A stretch of 58,873 nucleotides of DNA from a virus (Duplodnaviria; Caudoviricetes): positions 1-58,873 of IMG/VR virus record IMGVR_UViG_3300047560_003072. One strand, written 5' to 3'. Numbering within the stretch: position 1 is the first letter of the stretch; each line of letters starts with the position of its first letter. The position numbers and the translations under genes are program-made. Under the pieces are notes generated by a model. That model did no database searches and was not told where the DNA came from. It saw only the letters and a list, made by a program, of their open reading frames with translations. Positions 19,687 through 27,548 of the stretch are shown piece by piece.

Positions 19687-20154
19687 TTACTCTGCGGGGG
19701 TGTCCTGTGTTTCTTCTTGAGACGGGTTTTGAATTGAATCGAGAATGATTGCTGCTGCATATGCATAAACTTCGAAGTCGGTCTTTGCACGGCGCAGAGA
19801 AGATTTCAATGATTTATTTGCAGTATTCTTAATAACATCGACTTCAAACGCTTGCAACTTAACAGCAAACAGACGCTCTTGACGCTCTTTGTCAATCTTA
19901 GCTTCTTCAGCAGCTTTCTTTGCTTCGAGTTCCTGAGCCTGCTTTTTGATCATTTTCTGCGTGTTCTGCTCAAGCTCATCAGCAGAAAACTTTGCTCTGA
20001 CCTCTTGATAGTCAGCGTTGTTAGACTCATTAGAGTTAATAACCGCTGTCGAAACGCGACCATCATCATAATGAAATTCCACCGATAGCACTGTACGTGC
20101 ATTGTTTGTCCAATGAGGATTCTTAATAGTTCTCTTCATGCTGTTCTTACCCAA
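19687..20154 (-). CDS. putative fibre assembly chaperone
   Basis: IKNPHWTNNARTVLSVEF resembles tail-fibre-assembly protein N-termini; overlaps the 3' end of the giant repeat gene. Confidence 0.45.
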   Translation of the reverse strand: MGKNSMKRTIKNPHWTNNARTVLSVEFHYDDGRVSTAVINSNESNNADYQEVRAKFSADELEQNTQKMIKKQAQELEAKKAAEEAKIDKERQERLFAVKLQAFEVDVIKNTANKSLKSSLRRAKTDFEVYAYAAAIILDSIQNPSQEETQDTPAE

Positions 20155-23100
20155 AGTTTAATTGTTGAAACTGTTTCTGGTGTTGACACAATTGTTAGAC
20201 CACTGAAAGCACCTGTGAAAGCTCCGGAGTAAACACCAGTAAACACGTTACCATAACCGCCCGTAAAATAACCAATATACCCTTGACCGTAGATGCCAGT
20301 ATAGGTTGTATTGTAATCACCAGTATATAGGCCTGAATAAATTCCTGTAAACGCTCCAGTGTATATCCCGCTGAACGCACCAGTAAATCCTTGGTTGTAA
20401 CTACCAGAATAGATACCGGTGTATGTTGTATTATACACTCCTGTAAATGCTCCAGTAAACGCTTGGTTATACGCACCAGTGAAAACCTGCGAGTAGTTTC
20501 CTGTGAACGCTCCAGTGAACGTTTGATTGTAGGTGCCAGTAAACGTTTGCTGGTAGTTACCTGTATAGTTACCGGTAAATACCTGTGAGTAGTTTCCTGT
20601 GAACGCTCCGGTGAATGTCTGGTTGTAGATACCAGTAAACGTCTGTCCGTAACTGCCTGAATATGCGCCAGTGAATGTCTGGTTGTAAACGCCTGTAAAT
20701 GTACCTGTAAACGTTTGGTTGTAAGCACCAGTAAACGTTTGGTTATAGGCACCGGTAAATGCTCCAGTGAAAACTTGGTTATATGCACCAGTAAAGGATT
20801 GTGCATATGAACCACTATACGTTGCCGTAAACGATCCTACATATCCACCCGAATACAAACCTGAGAACGTACCAACATAACCACCAGAATAGAAACCAGT
20901 AAAGTAGCCCGTATAGCCACCTGAGTACAAACCTGAGAACGTACCTACATATCCACCCGAATAAATGCCGGTAAACGATCCAGTGTAGTTGCCTGTGTAG
21001 ATACCAGTAAAGTAGCCCGTATAGCCACCTGAGTACAAACCTGAGAACGTACCAACATAACCACCCGAATAAATACCGGTAAACGATCCAGTGTAGTTGC
21101 CTGTGTAGATACCAGTAAAGTTTTGAGCATATGTGCCCGAGTATATACCGGTAAAGTTTTGTGCGTACGCACCGGAATATGCACCAGTAAAGTAACCAGT
21201 ATATCCACCCGCGTAATTACCTGCATAGTATCCAGTATAGTAGCCAGTGTATCCACCAGAATATGTACCAGTAAAATTCCACGCGTACGCACCAGCGTAT
21301 GCGCCGGTGAAGTAGCCAGTGTAAACACCCGAGTATGAACCAGTGTAGTAGCCAGTGTAGTAGCCAGTATAACCACCAGCATACACGCCTGAGAATGCTC
21401 GCGAATAGGATCCTGAATACGCCCCTGTAAAGTATCCAGTGTATCCGCCGGAATACAAACCAGTGTAGTAACCTGTATAGTAGCCAGTGTAGTAGCCAGT
21501 GTACACACCAGTAAAATATCCTACATATCCACCCGAATATTGACCTGTGAATGCTCTTGCATATGCACCCGAATAGAGGCCAGTGTAATAACTAGTGTAG
21601 TAACCTCCAAATGCACCTGTGAACGATCCGGTATAGTTACCGGTGTACAGGCCAGTGTAGTAACCGGTGTAGTAACCAGCATACGCGCCTGCATACGCAC
21701 CAGCAAAAGCTTTTGCAACCGTAGCATATCCACCAACATATGTTGCATACTCATAGGCAGGGCTACCTGCATAATATGCAAGCAAGCGATTACCAGCATA
21801 GTTACCGGTATAGATTGTTATACCAGCTGCATAGCTGCCTTGATAATATCCAACGTAATATTGAGGGTATCCAGCGTAGTAGGCCCAAAGACGGTTGTTG
21901 ACGTATGTACCGAGATAAGAAGCTCCGTTGACGTTATAACCAACACCGCCGCCAGGATTTGAATTACCAAACTTTTTCAAGTTTGTAAAGAACGTACGAG
22001 CATATAAACCGGTATAGTAACCAGTGTAGTAACCAGTGTAGTAACCAAGGTATGCGCCGGCATATGTGCCTGAATACACACCCGTAAACACTCTACTGTA
22101 GGCGCCAGCATAATACCCTAGGTATGATGTTGCATATGAGCCAGCATAAGCACCCGTAAAATATCCCGTGTAGTTACCCGTGTAAAGACCAGTAAACGTC
22201 TGTGCATAAGCGCCAGAATAATAACCTGTATAGTAGCCGGTATAGTAACCAGTGTACGTACCAGAATAGATGCCGGTAAACGTCTGTGCGTATGCACCAG
22301 AATAAATGCCAGTGAAATATCCTGTATAGAATCCTGTATAAAGACCCGTGTAGTAGCCAGTATAGTAGCCAGTGTAGTAGCCAGTGTAGATACCGGTGAA
22401 ACCTTGAGCATAAGCACCAGAATAGATGCCGGTAAAGTAACCAGTGTACGTACCAGCGTATATACCGGTATATACACCGGTGTAGTATCCTGTGTAGTAT
22501 CCCGTATAAACACCGGTAAACGTTTGTGCATATGCACCGGAATAGATGCCGGTAAAGTATCCCGTATAAACACCAGAATACAAGCCAGTAAAGTAACCAG
22601 TGTATGTGCCTGAATATGTACCAGTAAACACACGGCTATATGTTCCTGAATACGCACCAGTAAACGTTTGTTGATATGCTCCAGAGTATGTGCCAGTGAA
22701 TACTTGCTGATATGTGCCTGAATATGTACCAGTAAACACACGGCTATATGTTCCTGAATACGCACCAGTAAACGTTTGTTGATATGCTCCAGAGTATGTG
22801 CCAGTAAATACTTGCTGATATGTACCAGCATAGGCACCCGTGAAGGTCTGCTGATATGCACCAGCATATGTGCCTGTAAACGTCTGGTTATAAATGCCAG
22901 TGTATGCGCCAGTGAAGTAACCAGTGTACAAACCAGAGAACGTGCCAGTAAATCCTTGACTGTAAATGCCGCTGAACGTTCCTACATAGCCACCAGAGAA
23001 TGCTCCTGTGAATCCCTGATTAAATGCACCGGTGAACGCACCAACATATCCACCTGAGTAAATACCAGTGAAGACGTTACCATAACCACCTGTAAAGGCG

Positions 23101-24266
23101 CCAGTAAATCCTTGACTGTAAATGCCAGTGAAAGTTCCTACATAACCACCAGAATAGACACCCGTAAACACATTGGTGTATCCACCAGAGAATGCACCGG
23201 TAAATCCTTGGTTGTAAATGCCAGTAAAGGTACCAGTGTATCCACCAGAAAAAGCTCCCGTAAATGCTTGAGAGTACACACCCGTATAAGCAGCAGTGTA
23301 TGCTCCTGTGTAAGCACCAGTAAACGTTCCGGTAAATGTTTGGTTGAATACGCCAGTGAATCCCTGATTAAAGACTCCTGTATACGCACCCGAGTAAGCA
23401 CCTGTGTATGCTTTTGTATACGCACCTGTGTAACTACCGGTAAATGTCTGCGCATAGGCACCGGAGAATACTTGACCATACGTGCCAGTAAACGCACTTG
23501 TAAACGAACCAGAATAACTCTGTGTTGCTGTTGAATATTCTGTATCGTCAAAACCACTACCAGCCATTGTCCATGTTCCTGGAGCTGTTGGAGCGGTTGA
23601 GCTTAGTTGGTATTTTCCAATACCATTATTGACAATGTAGTTACGAAGCTTGAATGTCAGCAGCTTGATTTCAGCATCTGACATTTCACGGAAGCCGCCA
23701 TAGAACTTGATTGGACGTCTAACGTTTGTAATTGTTTCAGCAGTCTTCTGCCACAGTGTGGTTGTATTTGTCGTACCACTTGTCAGAGTGTTGGTGAGTG
23801 TTCCACGTGAAACCCATGTACCTGAAGCTGGTGCTGTTGGTTGCAAAACATAGCTACCAACACCACCGTTGACCAATGCAGACGCTGCTCGTGAAATGAT
23901 TGACGTGTCAATATCACTGTCTGGCATTTCCTGCCATCCGTTGAGTACTGTATTCCAGGCCAAAGGACGGTTAAATGTTTCTGATATTGAGCCGTTTGAA
24001 AGATCTTGATAAACGGTCGTCGAAGTACTTGTTGTTGCAGTTGGACTTACAGGATGTGTACCGAGAGGATCCGTACGGTAAGTATCAACCCATGTACCAA
24101 TTGAAGTTCCGTTGGCCATTGAACCAATAGCAAGCGAGCCAACGCTTGTATTAGCAGCGAATCCTTCATTAATTTTTTTCACAAGGTAGTCATCTATGTC
24201 CGTCGTGGACATAGTCTGAAGACCGTTAAGTGAAGTGTTGTATTTTACGGGAGATAGAATGGCCAT
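20136..24266 (-). CDS. 1376-aa (Y/F)xGx tetrapeptide-repeat virion fibre protein
   Basis: About 250-aa N-domain with three (Q/R)-(E/T)-M-S/P..D/E repeats; about 1100 aa of tetrapeptide repeats with a central unique segment; C-terminal strand TIKLWVRTA. Confidence 0.8.
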   Translation of the reverse strand: MAILSPVKYNTSLNGLQTMSTTDIDDYLVKKINEGFAANTSVGSLAIGSMANGTSIGTWVDTYRTDPLGTHPVSPTATTSTSTTVYQDLSNGSISETFNRPLAWNTVLNGWQEMPDSDIDTSIISRAASALVNGGVGSYVLQPTAPASGTWVSRGTLTNTLTSGTTNTTTLWQKTAETITNVRRPIKFYGGFREMSDAEIKLLTFKLRNYIVNNGIGKYQLSSTAPTAPGTWTMAGSGFDDTEYSTATQSYSGSFTSAFTGTYGQVFSGAYAQTFTGSYTGAYTKAYTGAYSGAYTGVFNQGFTGVFNQTFTGTFTGAYTGAYTAAYTGVYSQAFTGAFSGGYTGTFTGIYNQGFTGAFSGGYTNVFTGVYSGGYVGTFTGIYSQGFTGAFTGGYGNVFTGIYSGGYVGAFTGAFNQGFTGAFSGGYVGTFSGIYSQGFTGTFSGLYTGYFTGAYTGIYNQTFTGTYAGAYQQTFTGAYAGTYQQVFTGTYSGAYQQTFTGAYSGTYSRVFTGTYSGTYQQVFTGTYSGAYQQTFTGAYSGTYSRVFTGTYSGTYTGYFTGLYSGVYTGYFTGIYSGAYAQTFTGVYTGYYTGYYTGVYTGIYAGTYTGYFTGIYSGAYAQGFTGIYTGYYTGYYTGYYTGLYTGFYTGYFTGIYSGAYAQTFTGIYSGTYTGYYTGYYTGYYSGAYAQTFTGLYTGNYTGYFTGAYAGSYATSYLGYYAGAYSRVFTGVYSGTYAGAYLGYYTGYYTGYYTGLYARTFFTNLKKFGNSNPGGGVGYNVNGASYLGTYVNNRLWAYYAGYPQYYVGYYQGSYAAGITIYTGNYAGNRLLAYYAGSPAYEYATYVGGYATVAKAFAGAYAGAYAGYYTGYYTGLYTGNYTGSFTGAFGGYYTSYYTGLYSGAYARAFTGQYSGGYVGYFTGVYTGYYTGYYTGYYTGLYSGGYTGYFTGAYSGSYSRAFSGVYAGGYTGYYTGYYTGSYSGVYTGYFTGAYAGAYAWNFTGTYSGGYTGYYTGYYAGNYAGGYTGYFTGAYSGAYAQNFTGIYSGTYAQNFTGIYTGNYTGSFTGIYSGGYVGTFSGLYSGGYTGYFTGIYTGNYTGSFTGIYSGGYVGTFSGLYSGGYTGYFTGFYSGGYVGTFSGLYSGGYVGSFTATYSGSYAQSFTGAYNQVFTGAFTGAYNQTFTGAYNQTFTGTFTGVYNQTFTGAYSGSYGQTFTGIYNQTFTGAFTGNYSQVFTGNYTGNYQQTFTGTYNQTFTGAFTGNYSQVFTGAYNQAFTGAFTGVYNTTYTGIYSGSYNQGFTGAFSGIYTGAFTGIYSGLYTGDYNTTYTGIYGQGYIGYFTGGYGNVFTGVYSGAFTGAFSGLTIVSTPETVSTIKLWVRTA
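20895..21110. repeat. 108-bp tandem duplication (C-terminal arm)
   Basis: accagtaaag recurs at 20895, 21003 and 21111; encodes FTGIYTGNYTGSFTGIYSGGYVGTFSGLYSGGYTGY x2; few synonymous mismatches. Confidence 0.85.
22603..22818. repeat. 108-bp tandem duplication (N-terminal arm)
   Basis: tatgtgcctgaatatg at 22603 and 22711; encodes YQQVFTGTYSGAYQQTFTGAYSGTYSRVFTGTYSGT x2; nearly identical. Confidence 0.85.
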
Positions 24267-24284
24267 TACAATACTCTAGCAGTA

Positions 24285-26327
24285 TTACGCCGTTCTTACA
24301 TACAGCGTATACGTGGTTGGTGTTGTAGTATTTAGGACAGTCAAACCAGTGTATGCTCCTGTAAATGCTCCCGTGAACACTTTTGAGAATGCGCCTGTGT
24401 AAGCGCCAGTGTAGAAAGAAATATACGATCCAGTGAATGCACCAGTAAATACACGACTGTATGTACCAGAGAAGTATCCAATTGTTGAGTATACTCCCGT
24501 GTACGCGCCGGAATAAAATCCCGAATATGCGCCAGTGTACAAGCCGGTAAACGCACCCGTGTATATGCCAGTGTATGTTGTGTTGTATATACCCGAAAAT
24601 ACTCGCGAATACACACCTGTGAAGCCGCCTGAATATTGACCTGTGAATGCTCGAGAGTATGCACCCGTATATGCAGCAGTGTATGCACCTGTAAAGTTTA
24701 CGCTGCGTAAAGTCACATTAATATGCGTAAAAGTTTGTGCGTATGATCCGGAATACAAACCGGTGTAGTTACCGACATATGTTGTTGTAAATGCACCAAC
24801 GAAGCTAGCAAAACCGCTGACGTATGCTCCCGAAAAATATCCTATACCGGTTCCACCACCACCGACGTAGTAGTGAGCATACCCTCCAACAAACACGCCT
24901 GCATAAATGTTTGGTGTTGAAGCGGAATAATTACCAACATATACACCCGTAAAGTAATGTGGGTGACCGTTGTAATAACCATTCAGGTAGTTATCAGTAT
25001 AATAACCAACATATGAGTTATCATACCACGACCAACCTATGTTTAGGTAATCTGTATAATACTGACGAGAGAATGCTTGTATTCGTGTTGGACCTTGTGA
25101 TATACGTGTGTATACACCCGAGTACTGGCCAGTGAATGCTCCCGTATAGTTACCAATATATGTACCAGAGAATGCACCGGTGTACGTACCGGCATAAGTT
25201 GTATTGTATGCTCCAGTAAATGCACCCGTATAAACGCCAGTAAAAATGTTACCATATGCACCGGTAAATGCACCCGTATAATTTCCTGCGTATCCCGTTA
25301 CATAACCACCAGTGAATGACTGGCCATACGTTCCGGAATATGAGCCTGCATAATATCCTATGTACGCACCAACGTAGTTACCTGAATAGTTTAAAATCGA
25401 TTGGTAGATACCTGAGAACGCGCCCGTAAATCCACCTGAATATTGACCAGTATAAGCCGTTGCATAGTTACCAATATAGGTACCAGAGAATGCACCTGTG
25501 AATGATTGTTGATATGTGCCCGAATACGAAATACCAGACAAATCATTAATTTTGTCAATGTAAGCACCACGACCGACCCATGTTCCTGTTCCTGGAGCAG
25601 CCGTACCAACATTATATGTACCTACACCTGTGGTACGATAATATTCACCAAGGAATGGAGCAAGAGCGGTGATATCCGCCTGCGTCATTTCAGTCAACTG
25701 ATTGTTGACGAGCTTTAATGGTAGGTTTGTACTTGCGTTGTTAGCTGTCCATGCATCTGTACGTTGATACAGTCTATACACTTCAAGAATATTAGTGCCT
25801 GCTGAATCATAGTGCTGCTGGAAAAAATAGTTGTTTCTGTCTGTCCATGTTCCTGCCGGTAACGAATCACTCGGTGCAAGTAGGTAGTATGATCCACGAC
25901 CACCTGTAAGCATCGAAGAAGCAGAAACAATGTATGGCCAGAAGAAGCTGTTCATGTCATCATTTGACATTTCACGAACTTGATATTCACCACCAGAGAG
26001 AACGTAATGCACAGGGCGCGCCTGTGTGGTCATTGTTTGTGTACTATACGTTTGATACAGTGTATGTGTGTCGTATGATACAGATGCTGGGTGAACACCT
26101 ACTCCAGCCGTATAACCATCAAGAGCAGCTCCACGAGAAACGTAATTTGCAACCGAAGGATATTGGTCAAAACGAATCCAGTTACCCGTATTTTCAATAA
26201 GGGTATTGTTAGCAAGTACTGTGTTAATTATAAGAGGAATGACGAGATCTTGGAGCTCCGCATCAGACATCTCCTGCAAACCAACCGCTACTGCTCCACT
26301 ATATTTTGCTCGGAGTGGTCTTCCCAT
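24285..26327 (-). CDS. 680-aa paralogous (Y/F)xGx tetrapeptide-repeat fibre protein
   Basis: Same N-domain motifs (GLQEMSDAE, REMSNDD, TEMTQAD, GTW..RG); about 390 aa of repeats; ends TYTLYVRTA. Confidence 0.8.
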   Translation of the reverse strand: MGRPLRAKYSGAVAVGLQEMSDAELQDLVIPLIINTVLANNTLIENTGNWIRFDQYPSVANYVSRGAALDGYTAGVGVHPASVSYDTHTLYQTYSTQTMTTQARPVHYVLSGGEYQVREMSNDDMNSFFWPYIVSASSMLTGGRGSYYLLAPSDSLPAGTWTDRNNYFFQQHYDSAGTNILEVYRLYQRTDAWTANNASTNLPLKLVNNQLTEMTQADITALAPFLGEYYRTTGVGTYNVGTAAPGTGTWVGRGAYIDKINDLSGISYSGTYQQSFTGAFSGTYIGNYATAYTGQYSGGFTGAFSGIYQSILNYSGNYVGAYIGYYAGSYSGTYGQSFTGGYVTGYAGNYTGAFTGAYGNIFTGVYTGAFTGAYNTTYAGTYTGAFSGTYIGNYTGAFTGQYSGVYTRISQGPTRIQAFSRQYYTDYLNIGWSWYDNSYVGYYTDNYLNGYYNGHPHYFTGVYVGNYSASTPNIYAGVFVGGYAHYYVGGGGTGIGYFSGAYVSGFASFVGAFTTTYVGNYTGLYSGSYAQTFTHINVTLRSVNFTGAYTAAYTGAYSRAFTGQYSGGFTGVYSRVFSGIYNTTYTGIYTGAFTGLYTGAYSGFYSGAYTGVYSTIGYFSGTYSRVFTGAFTGSYISFYTGAYTGAFSKVFTGAFTGAYTGLTVLNTTTPTTYTLYVRTA

Positions 26328-26328
26328 G

Positions 26329-27537
26329 TTATGGTCCTACGCGCGTGCCAGAAGAATTGTAAATTCCAAAATTACCTGCATGAACAACGTTTCCACTCTT
26401 ATATTGGAAGTTGTTTGAGTTGATCAAAAGACCAGCCGTTACAGTTGTTGAGTTGACTAAGTTAAACAAGAATCCACCATCACTTACAGAGCTATTCGAA
26501 TTATCATATGTGCTGAAAGTCAAACGTGTATTGCCTGCTGCCGAACTCATAAACGCAATCGATGAGTTCTGTGCTGTATTAGACGTCTGGAATCTTACAC
26601 CGTTGTTAGCTGTATTGAAAAATACGTTACCAGCAATTGTAACCAATCCATCAGCAGAAGGGGCACTGTTATTTAAGCCTATTCTATTATTTGTTGCATC
26701 AACAAACAACAGGCTTGTTTTAATTGCTACGTTTCCTGTCGTTACAGCAAAGTCGGAAACAACAGTCATTGAGCCGTTTACAATACCACTACCAAGAACA
26801 CGCAACGTGCCAACGTTCGCTACGCCTGTTGGAGCAAAGATTGAACCGTTTTGTGATAGTGTGATTTTGATCGGTGTTAGTGTGTGGCCGGTTTCAGAAG
26901 AACCAGCTGTAATATTGATTGCGGAACCACCATACGTGGCCGACAGTTGCAATGCTGTTGTGTTAGCACCAACAACATAATAGTATGCAGCATTTGATAG
27001 ACCAGAAACGGCCGTGTTACCTGCAGCTACCAAATATTGAACGTAGTCACCTGTTGTCAAACCATGAGCTGCTGTCGTTGTGATGTATTCTGTTGCACTT
27101 GCAACACCAGACAGAGCATTAAACGTAGCAGCAGCGGCCGTATTAGTAACAACAACGTTACCAGTTGTTACGGAGCTGATCGCTGTGATTGTATTTGCTG
27201 TAATCGTCCAAAGTTTGGTTGCAGAACCAAAGATAGACGTGGTATTGGAAATCGGTAGTAGATTTCCTGCTATAACATTATTGAGAGTTGAAGTATCAGA
27301 AACAGTTACATTTCCAATTGTGGCCGTAGAACTATAAAGCAACCAACGAGCAGTTGTATTACCCAACGCATACGTGTTATCCGAGGTTGGTTTGTAGTCT
27401 GCTGATGATGTACCGCTGAATGCAAGGTTACCGTCTACTGTAAAGTCACCACCAATACGCAACGACCCACTAACGTTGGCTGTACCGACAACATCTAATC
27501 CATGCTCAATTTTGAATTTTGTATTACCTGAAGCCAT
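26329..27537 (-). CDS. fibre/adaptor protein
   Basis: KFKIEHGL N-motif, P..DNTYALGNTTARW motif, TTAAHGL..GD module, LFVDATNNRIG repeat. Confidence 0.7.
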   Translation of the reverse strand: MASGNTKFKIEHGLDVVGTANVSGSLRIGGDFTVDGNLAFSGTSSADYKPTSDNTYALGNTTARWLLYSSTATIGNVTVSDTSTLNNVIAGNLLPISNTTSIFGSATKLWTITANTITAISSVTTGNVVVTNTAAAATFNALSGVASATEYITTTAAHGLTTGDYVQYLVAAGNTAVSGLSNAAYYYVVGANTTALQLSATYGGSAINITAGSSETGHTLTPIKITLSQNGSIFAPTGVANVGTLRVLGSGIVNGSMTVVSDFAVTTGNVAIKTSLLFVDATNNRIGLNNSAPSADGLVTIAGNVFFNTANNGVRFQTSNTAQNSSIAFMSSAAGNTRLTFSTYDNSNSSVSDGGFLFNLVNSTTVTAGLLINSNNFQYKSGNVVHAGNFGIYNSSGTRVGP

Positions 27538-27548
27538 CGCTTACCCTA

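Noticed and set aside
20195-23557. Many alternative-frame ORFs and the repeat region as a possible CRISPR array or DGR template
   Set aside because: The repeats are degenerate 12-bp coding units with no spacers. No reverse transcriptase or adenine-specific TR/VR pair was seen. The off-frame ORFs arise from low-complexity codons
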